Below are positions 8,726 to 18,777 of a DNA stretch of 64,000 nucleotides, piece after piece. A program made the translations under genes and the position numbers. Location: positions 372,001 to 436,000 of IMG/VR virus record IMGVR_UViG_3300035182_002586; one strand, 5' to 3'. The notes beneath the pieces are model-generated. The model was not told the DNA's origin. It made no database searches and saw nothing but the letters and a program-made list of their open reading frames with translations. The first letter of the stretch is position 1, and each line of letters opens with the position of its first letter.

Positions 8726-9661
8726 TCAGGTCAGGGCGACAGCAGCGGTGAGCTGCCCGTTGGCGCGAACGCGCGCGAAGGTGTCGCCGGCCTTGTTGGT
8801 CCCCGTCGGAACGAGGGCTGCCGGGATGACGATCGAGGTGGCGCCGACGCTGCCGCCTGCACCCGTGATCTGCGTCTGCGTGAGCGTCACGTTCGGGTAG
8901 ACGAGGTTCGTCGCCACGACCGCTGCGATGAGGCCGAGGCCCGTGCCCTGCGCCGTCGCCGTGACGAGAGCCGAGGCCGGAGCCGAAGCCAGGATGGCCG
9001 CTGCCACGTCCGCTGCCGTCGAGGTGACGAGACCGCCACCGTCCGTTGCGCTGTTCACCGTGATGGCCGTGCCGACTACGGAGACCGAGAGCGCCGTGCC
9101 GAGACCTGCCACGACATGACGGACCGTGATGGCCGTGCCCGTCGAGTTCGGGGCGACAGCCTTGTAGAGCACGTCACCGTTCGGCGAAACTGCACCCGCG
9201 AGGAGCCGGTAGGCGTTCGTCGTCGAGAGCGTCACGCTCGTCACGTCCGGCGAGAGCGACACGAGGGTCGTCCCCGTCAGGGTCATCTGCCCGGCACCCG
9301 GCGTGTTCGTCGCCGCCGTCGCCATCGTCGGAGCCACCACGTCTGCGGGGACGAAGACGGTCGCGGTGATGAAGCCCGCTCGTACGAGCTTCGAGATCTT
9401 GCCCTTGCCCGCCGAGAACACGACGCGGGGCGTCTGCTGGAGGTCGATGTAGCCCGGGATGGCGGGCTCGCCGATCTTCGTGCGCGGGATGTAGGACCGC
9501 TGCTTCGGCTTGTTGGCGTACCCGTCGTGCTCGAAAGCCTTCGGGTTGCCGCTCGAACCGAGGCGGTAGACTTCCTTGTTCGGCAGGCCGTCGTCGATGT
9601 CGTCGACGAGGATCGCGCCGGGGGTGACTGCGAGCTGGTTGTGGATCAGACGAAGCGGCAT
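8726..9661 (-). CDS. Virion structural protein
   Basis: GGAGG RBS; A/T/G-rich; ATSIVIPA motif shared with 7122-8228. Confidence 0.65.
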   Translation of the reverse strand: MPLRLIHNQLAVTPGAILVDDIDDGLPNKEVYRLGSSGNPKAFEHDGYANKPKQRSYIPRTKIGEPAIPGYIDLQQTPRVVFSAGKGKISKLVRAGFITATVFVPADVVAPTMATAATNTPGAGQMTLTGTTLVSLSPDVTSVTLSTTNAYRLLAGAVSPNGDVLYKAVAPNSTGTAITVRHVVAGLGTALSVSVVGTAITVNSATDGGGLVTSTAADVAAAILASAPASALVTATAQGTGLGLIAAVVATNLVYPNVTLTQTQITGAGGSVGATSIVIPAALVPTGTNKAGDTFARVRANGQLTAAVALT

Positions 9662-9748
9662 AGGGAGCCTCCTTGACCTGGTTCGGGTCCTCGTCGGATC
9701 GAACCAATAAAAGGAAACCCCACGGCTCTACGAGCTTCGCCGATGTCC

Positions 9749-10603
9749 TCAGGGCACCTGGCAGGCGTCCTTGTAGCCCGTCGCGATCATCTCTCGGATG
9801 GCTTCCGGGTCGAAGGCCAGAGAGTCGAGAACGAGCTTCCTGGAGGGCTGGAGCACCCGGACGGAGACCTTCTTGTACTTGGGGTCCATCTCGGCGATGT
9901 CGTTTTTCAGCCCACACACCTTCAAGTCGGCCCGGATGATCTCGTCGGACATGAGGTCGACAGTGCGCTCCAGGAAGCCCGGAATGGCGTGCTGCCCCGC
10001 AGGATCCCACAGGTTCGGGATGTCCGGGTTGGTGCACATGATCACGTCGATTTCGTCAGCCCCAAGCCGGATCGCTGTCCCGAGGGGGGTGACCGATCGC
10101 ACCCCTCCGTCCGTCCAGAGCTGCCCATCGACCTCGACGGGCTCCAGGAAGACCGGGAAGCTCGCCGAAGCAGCTACCCACTTGGCGAAGTCCGGGTCCG
10201 TTTCCTCCGCCAGGCGATACTCCCCCGTCGACCAGGACGTGCAGCCCACCCGGACCTTGCGCCCAGATGCCGCCACCGCCTTCACGTCCAGGGACTCATT
10301 GATGAGCTGCACCAGCGGATGGGACTTGTAGACGCTGACGCTCCACAGGGCGGAGAGCATCCCGAAGCACCGTGACTTGCGCACCTTGTCGTCGGTGATG
10401 GTGCCCCACAGATCTGCGAGCTTCTTGTACGCTTCCGCGATGTTCCCAAGCGGCGCCTGGCTGAGAAACGAGACGTTCAGCGCACCAACAGAGACGCCGC
10501 AGAGGATGTCGTAGTCCCTACCGTCTTCGAGGAGCCACTTCTTGAGGGCACCCACCTGGTAAGCGCCCTTCACCCCACCGCCGCTAAGCACGAGAGCACG
10601 CAT
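9749..10603 (-). CDS. Patatin-like phospholipase
   Basis: LVLSGGGVKGAYQVG oxyanion loop, GVSVG nucleophile elbow, ASASFP and DGG motifs. Confidence 0.92.
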   Translation of the reverse strand: MRALVLSGGGVKGAYQVGALKKWLLEDGRDYDILCGVSVGALNVSFLSQAPLGNIAEAYKKLADLWGTITDDKVRKSRCFGMLSALWSVSVYKSHPLVQLINESLDVKAVAASGRKVRVGCTSWSTGEYRLAEETDPDFAKWVAASASFPVFLEPVEVDGQLWTDGGVRSVTPLGTAIRLGADEIDVIMCTNPDIPNLWDPAGQHAIPGFLERTVDLMSDEIIRADLKVCGLKNDIAEMDPKYKKVSVRVLQPSRKLVLDSLAFDPEAIREMIATGYKDACQVP

Positions 10604-10637
10604 CTTTGGACTCCGTTTCTGACCGACGAGCTGAGGC

Positions 10638-11828
10638 TCAGGCCACAACCTCGTCCTTGGAAACGCAGTAGAAGGTTACCGTTACGGTGTCCCCCTCGAA
10701 GGGTCGGTCGTGCTTTGTGTGGACCCGGACTTCCATCAGAGCGGCGCTAGAGAGGTCTCGACTCGTCGAGTAGTTGAACGGGAGGGCCTGGACCTTGGAT
10801 CGAGTACCGCGCGACTTGCGGCGAAACTCGTCGAGCGAGAGTAGGAGGTCGGTATCCGAGGCGCCGAGCACCTCAATACTGGGGTACGCACCCTGCGCTT
10901 CGGCTGCGATCTGCCCCATGCGCTTGTAGACGACCTCATCGATGAGAATCATGGTCCCCGACGGAACCATGTTGGCGGCCACCAGTTGAGGCGCCACAGC
11001 ATCTACGAGCGCGTAGATGGAGTACACGACGGTATCCGTCATGACAGCACCCATGGCTACGTCCACTTCTGCCTTGAGAATACGAAGCACTTTACCGGGA
11101 GTCGGACGAATGTAGAAGGTCGAGGTTGTGGCGTAGGAGTAGTCTGCAACGGGGGCTGCCGCTGGAGACGCGAAGAAGTTGACCTGCCCCGTCTCCCAGA
11201 TGACCTCGTAGTCCCCTCCCGTGGCCTCGAAGGGCCCCCGCATCGTTTGCGCGACTCCGTTCACCTTGACGGTGACCTGATAGCCGTGAGGGTCGCCCGG
11301 GTTGCGATTCTTCTGATCCTGTACCCACCCGTCGTCGTTGTGGACGCGGCCCGAGATCATATCGATCCAGTGTGTGTGGGCGGACCCGAAGAGCTTGCCG
11401 TCACCTGTGTCCGTGAGCGTCTCCCCAGTCACCCGAACGGAGTCACCGAACCACGAGCACTTGTCACAGAGGTTGTGGCTCGCGATGACTGTCTCGGACC
11501 CTGTGGTCGGAGCGATCGCGATTTGAGGGATGCCGTCTGACTGGCGCTGCGCGATGGCAACAAGTGGGGTCCCATCGGGGAGGAAACCCGGCACCGGGTA
11601 GGGTTCTCCAGAGTGGACCGCCACGAGGCCGTCGAGCGTCGTCACATCCCCGGCCGAGAGGGCGTCCTTGAACCAGATGTCGCAGGCGTCATTCGCCGTG
11701 TCGATGTGACCGAGGGCGGTGACGATGGTGCTCGCTTGAATCTCGTTCGTGAGTCGATCCGTCGCGACCTTGTGGTTCGGGAACGCGGTCGAGATCGTGA
11801 ACGTGTACTTCGTCGGCGTTGCCATCAT
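10638..11828 (-). CDS. Putative tail/virion protein
   Basis: ATGA-coupled to the tail fibre gene; beta-rich composition. Confidence 0.6.
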   Translation of the reverse strand: MMATPTKYTFTISTAFPNHKVATDRLTNEIQASTIVTALGHIDTANDACDIWFKDALSAGDVTTLDGLVAVHSGEPYPVPGFLPDGTPLVAIAQRQSDGIPQIAIAPTTGSETVIASHNLCDKCSWFGDSVRVTGETLTDTGDGKLFGSAHTHWIDMISGRVHNDDGWVQDQKNRNPGDPHGYQVTVKVNGVAQTMRGPFEATGGDYEVIWETGQVNFFASPAAAPVADYSYATTSTFYIRPTPGKVLRILKAEVDVAMGAVMTDTVVYSIYALVDAVAPQLVAANMVPSGTMILIDEVVYKRMGQIAAEAQGAYPSIEVLGASDTDLLLSLDEFRRKSRGTRSKVQALPFNYSTSRDLSSAALMEVRVHTKHDRPFEGDTVTVTFYCVSKDEVVA

Positions 11829-14800
11829 GCCACCTTGATGTAGGAGAGGGTTCGGCGCGTGTTCGTCATTGTACCCGCACCACGACGCCATCTACCTTCG
11901 ATTGCCTGCGCACCGTTCACGGTGACGAGAGCTTGGCAGGCGAACACGTACTTCTGCGTCGCACTGCTCTGAGTCGAAGGTCGTTCCGAGGCCGTCACGA
12001 CTACGCCGCCGACCCAGATGTCAGCCGTCATCGTGGTTGCCGAAGTCGAGATGTAGTCTCCAGAGAACCATACGAGGTAGTTGCCGGCCGGCGGGGTGAC
12101 CGTCATACCGGTCATCAGGACGTCCGTGGCGCTGGAAGTAGTGATCGTCGAAGTACCAGAGACCTCCCCCGCTGTGGGGTTCTGGACGGGGACGTTGATG
12201 GTTGCGACACCACCGCCAGCATCCGTTGCCGTCACGCTCCCCGTAAAGTTGAGCGTTGCGTGCGGGGTGTTTGTAAGCGGGACGCCCTCGTCCTGCACTG
12301 TGACGGTGCTTCCGGACCCTGGAGCCCCTTGAGTCCCGTCCATCCTCTGGACAATGAACGTTGCCCCTACCTGCACGGTGCCGGCGCTGGACGTCCCGTT
12401 CTGAACCTGGACTGTAAGGTAGTCGCTAGGCGATAGGGTGACGATTACGTCACAGTCGATGAGGTCCGACTCGTTCTGGAAGATCGTCGAGTGGTTCTCG
12501 GACCCAGGGACCAGAGTTGCCCCATTCTTGAAGACACGCCCCTGAATGGACTGGTTCGTCGCCGCAGCGTGTGTGGCCTCGAACTCGTACTTGACACGAT
12601 AAGTGCCAGAGGCCGCTACCTGGATACGGGTCGGAGTACCGGCCAGGTGATCGACGACCGCTGCGTCTGTCTCTACGTCTGTCGTATCGAAGCTGATGTC
12701 GGTCCAAGCGTTCGTGATCGTCTGCGTCGTCGTACGGCGAGCCTGCGCAGCCGCCAGAGTCGAACCGCCGGCCGAGATGGTCTGCCAGGTGGCAGCCGTC
12801 CCCGACGTGGCTACGAGAGCCTGACCCGCTGTGGGAGCCGTCGCTGCGGAGACAGAGACGACGGTGGTAGCCGTACGGAGACCGGAGGCCGTGCGATCGT
12901 CTGAGAGGCGGGAGTCGTTACCCTGGCAGAACGTACCTGCGGTAGATCCGAAAGCTGCCAGAGAGTGCGTGTGGTCTGAACGAGCGAGGGAGGTGGCTGT
13001 ACCTTCGGCTGCGGAGGCGCCCGGAGTGACAGCACCCACTACGGCCGTCGAGACATCGTGCTTGTGGTCTGCACGAGCTGCGGCGGTTGCAACACCAACG
13101 GCTGCGGCTGCCTTCGTCACGTCCGCTGGGGCGGAAGCCGTCAGAGCGGCTGCTCCTGCGGAGATCCCATCCAGCTTCGTCTTGTCGGTCCCGGTCATGA
13201 AACCGGAGGTACCTCCCGCGATGACCGCTGCGTGGAGAGTCCCGCTCGTCTGAGCACCGTGGTCGTGTGTGTGGTCAGATCGGGCGAGGGAGGTGGCTGT
13301 GCCCTCGGCGTTCGCCGTCCCCACGGTGCTCGGGGCTGCCGTGGTGATGTCGTGCTTGTGGTCCGCGCGAGCAGCGTCCGTGGCCACGCCGACTGCCGCC
13401 GCCGTCTTCGTGACGTTCACCGGAGCGGTGGAAGTCAGGGGGGTGTTCGTGGCACCCGCGGCGATCCCATCGAGTTTAGTCTTGTCCGACTTGTCGAAGA
13501 AACCGTGGGCTACCCCTGCAACCGCAAGGGCGTGGAGGGTATCGACCGTCTGGCTGCCGTGGTCGTGGACGTGATCCGACCGCGCCAGAGAGGTGGCCGT
13601 ACCCTCTGCGTTCGCGGTTCCGATCGTACCCACCACGGCGGTGGAGATGTCGTGCTTGTGATCCGCCCGGGCTGCCGAAGTCGCGACACCGACCGCTGCC
13701 GCCGCCTTCGTGACGTTCGCAGGGGCACTCGCGGTCAGCGCAAGGGGAGTCTCCCAGTCGGCCGCAGAACTACCCGTAGCGGTGAGCACTTGCCCCGCAG
13801 TGGGGGCGGTTGCGGCCGAAACTGCCACCACTGTCGTTGCGGACCGGAGGCCGGAAGCCGTGCGGTCGTTCGTGTTTCTTGTGTCCGCGTCGGTGACGTA
13901 CTTGTTCGTTGAGCCGGGAGTACCGCTGGTGCCTGCGAGGGCGAAGACCTGGTTCGCAAAAACAGCGTCACGTCCGTCGATAGAGACGAAGATGTGCCCA
14001 TCGGACGGGTGGACCCTGGACACAACCCCAATGGGCTGCACCACACCATCACCGAAACCGGGGTTGGCGTCCGGAGGGCGGACCCAGGTGCCTGCGTCTC
14101 CGAGGACGAGCTGATCTGTGATCGCAAATGCTGAGGTGTCGAGTCCCTGGACGAGCCCCATCGTGGTGGCGGTCCCGGTCGTGGCGTCGGGGAGATTCGC
14201 CACCATGAACCCGATGGCTGGACGCAGAGCCGCGAACCGCTTGTCGGCGGGTTCGACCAAGCTCGTATGGCTAGGGGCATCCCACCCCGTCGCCACGACG
14301 AGTGTGCCCGCAGGGATAGTGATCCCCGTCTCGTTGCGGACCGGGATCGTCAGATTCCCGGCGGCAATAGCGTCAAGTGTCACCTTATCGGCCGCCGACA
14401 TGAACCCGGCCACCGAAGTCGTGACAACGGCGTGCTGGGTGCCACCACCCCTCAAACCGTGCTGAGCGTCCGTGGCCAGAATCCCGACCTGAATGTCGTT
14501 CGCGTTGACGGTGATGCTGCCGTCGGCGTTCGCCACGACGTTGAACGTCCGGTTCGCCGAGAGGTCGCCACCGCCCGTCATGCCGGCGCCGGCCGTCAGG
14601 GTCAGGGACGTGGGAACGGTCCCCGTCGTGCTGGCCGACGCACACAGAAACGCCCGCTCCAGGATGATCCGGGTAATGAACCCGCCCGACGTCACCACCC
14701 GGGCGAGCGGGATGTAGATGCCTGAGACCGGGTAGCCGACGACCGAGATGGCCAGCGACGCCCCGCTATCGAGGTAGACGTAGTTCGTCGTGTTGTCAGC

Positions 14801-14977
14801 GACGACGTTGTTGCACGACCCCAGGTACTTCCCCCTGGTGCCGCCTATGTCGTAATAGAAGTTGTTGACCTTGATGGTCAGGTCGCCGTCCGCAACCGTA
14901 GCCCCATCATAGAGGACGGCGCTCGGTGCGAGGCTGACCTCGTTGATGACTTCTACTTCCCCGATGGTGAAAGGCAT
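11825..14977 (-). CDS. Tail fibre protein with internal His-containing repeats
   Basis: 1050 aa; repeated AARADHKH, SLARSDHxH and DKTKLDGI motifs typical of fibres; beta-rich C-terminal head domains. Confidence 0.8.
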   Translation of the reverse strand: MPFTIGEVEVINEVSLAPSAVLYDGATVADGDLTIKVNNFYYDIGGTRGKYLGSCNNVVADNTTNYVYLDSGASLAISVVGYPVSGIYIPLARVVTSGGFITRIILERAFLCASASTTGTVPTSLTLTAGAGMTGGGDLSANRTFNVVANADGSITVNANDIQVGILATDAQHGLRGGGTQHAVVTTSVAGFMSAADKVTLDAIAAGNLTIPVRNETGITIPAGTLVVATGWDAPSHTSLVEPADKRFAALRPAIGFMVANLPDATTGTATTMGLVQGLDTSAFAITDQLVLGDAGTWVRPPDANPGFGDGVVQPIGVVSRVHPSDGHIFVSIDGRDAVFANQVFALAGTSGTPGSTNKYVTDADTRNTNDRTASGLRSATTVVAVSAATAPTAGQVLTATGSSAADWETPLALTASAPANVTKAAAAVGVATSAARADHKHDISTAVVGTIGTANAEGTATSLARSDHVHDHGSQTVDTLHALAVAGVAHGFFDKSDKTKLDGIAAGATNTPLTSTAPVNVTKTAAAVGVATDAARADHKHDITTAAPSTVGTANAEGTATSLARSDHTHDHGAQTSGTLHAAVIAGGTSGFMTGTDKTKLDGISAGAAALTASAPADVTKAAAAVGVATAAARADHKHDVSTAVVGAVTPGASAAEGTATSLARSDHTHSLAAFGSTAGTFCQGNDSRLSDDRTASGLRTATTVVSVSAATAPTAGQALVATSGTAATWQTISAGGSTLAAAQARRTTTQTITNAWTDISFDTTDVETDAAVVDHLAGTPTRIQVAASGTYRVKYEFEATHAAATNQSIQGRVFKNGATLVPGSENHSTIFQNESDLIDCDVIVTLSPSDYLTVQVQNGTSSAGTVQVGATFIVQRMDGTQGAPGSGSTVTVQDEGVPLTNTPHATLNFTGSVTATDAGGGVATINVPVQNPTAGEVSGTSTITTSSATDVLMTGMTVTPPAGNYLVWFSGDYISTSATTMTADIWVGGVVVTASERPSTQSSATQKYVFACQALVTVNGAQAIEGRWRRGAGTMTNTRRTLSYIKVA
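12790..13870 (-). repeat. Internal coding repeats of the tail fibre (approximate bounds)
   Basis: About three ~100-aa units (TKAAAAVGVAT.AARADHKHD...AEGTATSLARSDH.H) bracketed by two copies of DRTASGLR.ATTVV.VSAATAPTAGQ. Confidence 0.85.
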
Positions 14978-14981
14978 GGTG

Positions 14982-15725
14982 CTACGTCCTCACCCGGGTG
15001 ATAGAAGCAACCTTGCTACACGTCCGGCTGACGGTTTCGGTCAGCGTTTCCTTGACCGCCCCGAAGCCGTCGTACTGGATAGTCACGAGCTGTGTGACCC
15101 GTCCCAGAGAGTTTCGTGTCACCTGGACCTCCCGGATCTTGAGAAGCATCGCCGGGCTGTCCCACGTCGTGACGTTGCTGACCCGATCGTTCACATCACG
15201 AGTCACGTCGTCGTAGGAGTTCTCGTCGATCTCATGGACGAGGGTGTCGAGGTTCTGGTGCTGCCCCTCGGTGATCCCTCCTCCCGTGACTGCGTTCGCA
15301 ACGTCCTTGAGGGCTGCTTGGAGGTTCGCAGCCGTCGTGATCGTCTGTCCTGTGGGGTCGAACCCCACTCGGCTCGCTCCAGACGGGTAGAACCACGTCA
15401 GCGTTCCGCCGGTGGAGGTTGGGATCGACCCTTCCACCGTCACGGACGTGTCATCTACAATCGTCGCAACAACGTAGGTGCCGTCAGCACCCGAGGACCC
15501 CACCAGACGAACGAAGTCGCCCGCTTCGACAGGGTGATCGCTGCTATACAGCAGACCCTCACCATCCGGCCCAAGACCCGAAACGATGGTGTTCGTCCCG
15601 CTTGTGGTCGAGACCGCAGTAGTTGTGCGGTAGACGGAGGGCGTGGTTGTGGCACGCCCGTCCGACTTCAGCTCGTACGAGTCGAGGATGTCTACGTCTT
15701 TGAAGTCAGCCTTCGTCAGGGGCAT
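14982..15725 (-). CDS. Putative virion protein
   Basis: Start MPLTKADF; Thr-rich; in the structural block. Confidence 0.6.
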   Translation of the reverse strand: MPLTKADFKDVDILDSYELKSDGRATTTPSVYRTTTAVSTTSGTNTIVSGLGPDGEGLLYSSDHPVEAGDFVRLVGSSGADGTYVVATIVDDTSVTVEGSIPTSTGGTLTWFYPSGASRVGFDPTGQTITTAANLQAALKDVANAVTGGGITEGQHQNLDTLVHEIDENSYDDVTRDVNDRVSNVTTWDSPAMLLKIREVQVTRNSLGRVTQLVTIQYDGFGAVKETLTETVSRTCSKVASITRVRT

Positions 15726-16173
15726 TGGAGCCCGCCTCCGGCGTAGATGCTTCCGCACCCACGGCCGGTTCTGAGGCTTCCGGGGCCTTCTTCTTGGGTC
15801 GACCCCCCTTGCCCTTCTTGGGGGCTACCACCTCGGACTTCGGGGCCTCCTGGGCCTTCCGCTCCGCTTCCTCGCGGGCGTTCTTCTCCTGGATGTCGAG
15901 GTACCCGTTCACGACCGCGAAGAGCACGGAGCCAGAGACCGAGAAGGCGTGCCCCTGAGCCTCACTAGCAGCCGCCTGCGCCCGGAGCGTATCTGCCTGC
16001 TGAAAGCAGGTGGCCTTCCGACGATCGAACTCCTGGAGGAGTTGCAGCATCGTCTGCTGATACATGCCGAACCCCTCCGGTGTCACGACCCCCGTGCGAA
16101 GCAGGTCGTTCATCCGGGTACGGAGCTTGACGAGAACGGTCGTGGGGGACTCGTCGGCTTGATTCTGGCTCAT
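15706..16173 (-). CDS. Hypothetical coiled-coil protein
   Basis: 155-aa ORF. Confidence 0.6.
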   Translation of the reverse strand: MSQNQADESPTTVLVKLRTRMNDLLRTGVVTPEGFGMYQQTMLQLLQEFDRRKATCFQQADTLRAQAAASEAQGHAFSVSGSVLFAVVNGYLDIQEKNAREEAERKAQEAPKSEVVAPKKGKGGRPKKKAPEASEPAVGAEASTPEAGSNAPDEG

Positions 16174-16186
16174 TTGGATATGGTTC

Positions 16187-16429
16187 CTATCTGGGTTTCA
16201 CGCCAATTTCGTTGCGCTGCATGGCGTGAGCGAGAACGAGGCACGGCTCACAGTAAACCCCGTTCACCTGTGGGTTCGCATTGCTCGCGATCTGGAAGAA
16301 CCGCGTGGGTTGAGCTTCCCCCTTCTCCCCATCACGGTGGAACTCCGTCGGTGCACTGTGCCCCGACTTGCACCAGAGACCGTGAGGGGAGGGGACTTCC
16401 TTGACGACGAGATCAGCCTTCGGGAGCAT
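16187..16429 (-). CDS. Small Cys/His protein
   Basis: CxxGH...CxxC pattern. Confidence 0.5.
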   Translation of the reverse strand: MLPKADLVVKEVPSPHGLWCKSGHSAPTEFHRDGEKGEAQPTRFFQIASNANPQVNGVYCEPCLVLAHAMQRNEIGVKPR

Positions 16430-16452
16430 GACTCACACTAGACCGACGGCGA

Positions 16453-18228
16453 CTACTGGACCACGAAGAAGTTGATGTGGTCGTTCTTGTTGATGGTCGC
16501 GTACGGTGTGATCTGCGTCGTGCTCGTCTCGGCATAGTCGTCGCCGTTGACCACCGAGCCAGGGTCGCGGAGGATACCGCGCCAGAAGACCCAGAGGTTG
16601 CGGCCGTTGTTGGTGCCGTCGATCGTGTACGTTGCGGCGCCCGGGAGCGTGATCGCCACGTTGGCCGGGGCCGCTGCGGCGAGGCGGGTGATGTAGCGAA
16701 CGACGCTCGCTGCCGAAATGGCGTTCGAGAGCGCCTGGAGCGACGCCGTGATCGTCTGGCCGTTCGTGAGTACGCCGAGGGGCGAGTACGTCCGGTTGCC
16801 GATCTGCGCGTTGAGGGCGTTGAGGGCCGACACCACCGTGTCCCCAGCGCCGCCGGGGAGGGTGAAGAAGACGAAGTTCGCGCCCGTGTTCGTGAGGTAC
16901 GTCGAGAGGTTCGTCGTACCGTCCGCCCAACCCCCCGTGCTCTGGAGGTCGATGATGTCCTGGCGAAGGTCCGCGTCACCGACGAGGCCCGAGGCCATCG
17001 GGAAGCGGAAGGCGTTCTGGTCGAGCTGGTCGAGGCGCTGGTTGTAGCCGTACGTCAGGTTGACGAACGTGGGCTGCGTCTTGGTGTACTGCGTCCAGGT
17101 GACCGAGGCAGTCGGGCCTTCCGCGACGGCTGCACGGTTCTGGACAGTGACGGCCGTACCCGACTGCACTGAGAGGATGACGAACGTTCCGTCGTTCGCC
17201 GGGTTCGCCGAACCCGAAATCGTGAGCCAGGTGCCGACATCTGCCGGCGTCGCGAAACCGCCCGCCGTGAGACCTGTGAGAGCCGACGCGCCGTTCGTAC
17301 CCGGGGTGACCGTGACCGACGTGGTACCGGTCTTGGCCGTCGCCGTACCCTGCTCCCACGTGTACGCCGTGGAGCTGGTCGCGATGTTCCCGCCGTTCGG
17401 GCAGGAGTACCACTTGATCCCCACCGAGTTCGGCGAGGTCGAACCTGCGGCCTGCGTGACACCGAAGATCTTCTCGCCGATGTGGAGACCCGCAAGGACC
17501 TCCAGCTCGTTCCCCGTCACCGAGTCGGTGACCTCGACGAAGCAGGTGTTGTAGTCACCAACCCACGGGGCGGCGTCGAAGCAGGGAACGCCGGTCTCGT
17601 CCGTCGCGTCCGAGTGCTTGAGGACACCCACACCGTAGATGTTCGTGACCGTTGCTTCGACGGCCCAGTTGAACTGACCACGGCTCACCGAACGGGCGAA
17701 CGAGTCGAGGGTCTTGCCCGCGATGTTCGAGAGGTTCGCCGGGACGTTCGTACCGATCGCCGTCGGACGTACGTACGTCGGGATCGGCTGGTCGTAGTTG
17801 ACGCCCTTGATCGCCTGACGATCGGTGCGCTCGAAGTTGAGGTCGTCGAGGAGCGTGTACGGCCGACGCTCGGTCCAGGTGATCGCACCGTTGTTGGGGT
17901 CCGGCACCGTACCCGGCGTCGCGTTCGCGACCTGCACGCTCGTCGCCGAGATGTAGTTCGTGATGAGGAACGTGCCGTTGCTGGTCGTGTCAGCACCGGA
18001 CACCGTGAGGTAGTTCCCCACGGAGTTCGCCGTCATGCCTGTCAGACCCGTGAAGGTCGACAAGCCGCCCGCAGCGGCGGTGATGTTCGCAACAGCACCC
18101 GTCTGGCCCGCCAACGCGGCGCCGAACCCGGATGTCTCGTCCGTCAGGGTAGCGGAGCTGGTCTGCGACGGAGACCCCGCGATGTCGAGAAGCTGATCGA
18201 TGGCGTTGAAACGGGGAAACTGGGGCAT
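16453..18228 (-). CDS. Virion structural/tail protein
   Basis: 591 aa, T/G/A/N-rich with duplicated GLT...LTxSGxxxxxNGTF module; AGGAG RBS. Confidence 0.7.
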   Translation of the reverse strand: MPQFPRFNAIDQLLDIAGSPSQTSSATLTDETSGFGAALAGQTGAVANITAAAGGLSTFTGLTGMTANSVGNYLTVSGADTTSNGTFLITNYISATSVQVANATPGTVPDPNNGAITWTERRPYTLLDDLNFERTDRQAIKGVNYDQPIPTYVRPTAIGTNVPANLSNIAGKTLDSFARSVSRGQFNWAVEATVTNIYGVGVLKHSDATDETGVPCFDAAPWVGDYNTCFVEVTDSVTGNELEVLAGLHIGEKIFGVTQAAGSTSPNSVGIKWYSCPNGGNIATSSTAYTWEQGTATAKTGTTSVTVTPGTNGASALTGLTAGGFATPADVGTWLTISGSANPANDGTFVILSVQSGTAVTVQNRAAVAEGPTASVTWTQYTKTQPTFVNLTYGYNQRLDQLDQNAFRFPMASGLVGDADLRQDIIDLQSTGGWADGTTNLSTYLTNTGANFVFFTLPGGAGDTVVSALNALNAQIGNRTYSPLGVLTNGQTITASLQALSNAISAASVVRYITRLAAAAPANVAITLPGAATYTIDGTNNGRNLWVFWRGILRDPGSVVNGDDYAETSTTQITPYATINKNDHINFFVVQ

Positions 18229-18243
18229 CTCGGACTCCTTGGG

Positions 18244-18759
18244 CTACGGAAGCACCTGGTAGTTCGCCACCAGGACCGAGCCCCCTACTGGGGCAAAGCT
18301 CAAAAGGTTTATTGTGTCGAACCCTGAGATCGAGCCCGTGACGTAGTAGTCGCCGTCTCGCGGGTCAGCAGTGGCGCTCTGCGCGAGCCGTCTGCCGTTG
18401 TGGAACACCTCTACGGTCTTCCCGGTGGGCAAGTCGTGGACGAAGTAGTCGGGCGTCGTGAACGTCCGATTCAGCCCGTTTCGAGCACCTAGAAGAGAGA
18501 TCCCGATCTTCGAGTGGGCAAGCCCGGAGATCCCCGTGAGGTCATAGAGACTCGGAATCCCCGTGGATCGGAAGTCGTCGAACCACCGGCCCGGGTGGTC
18601 CCCGAAGATGATCTGCTTGACCTGGCTGAGGATGTAGCTCTGGAGGTCTTCCTGCGTGACCGACACGATCTCCGCGAGCTTGATCTGCCCGGGCGTGTGC
18701 TGGTCCTGCCGCACGTCTGCGACTCGGATTTGCTTGTATCGGAGGCGCGTCTGCGACAT
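18244..18759 (-). CDS. Putative virion protein
   Basis: LxGxxNGxNxxFxTP...VFxNGxRL...DY domain. Confidence 0.6.
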   Translation of the reverse strand: MSQTRLRYKQIRVADVRQDQHTPGQIKLAEIVSVTQEDLQSYILSQVKQIIFGDHPGRWFDDFRSTGIPSLYDLTGISGLAHSKIGISLLGARNGLNRTFTTPDYFVHDLPTGKTVEVFHNGRRLAQSATADPRDGDYYVTGSISGFDTINLLSFAPVGGSVLVANYQVLP

Positions 18760-18777
18760 GGCCTACCCCTGTCCGCC

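Noticed and set aside
11825-14977. Diversity-generating retroelement targeting the tail fibre
   Set aside because: Repeats are in-frame protein repeats without adenine-specific differences that I could see, and no reverse transcriptase is present
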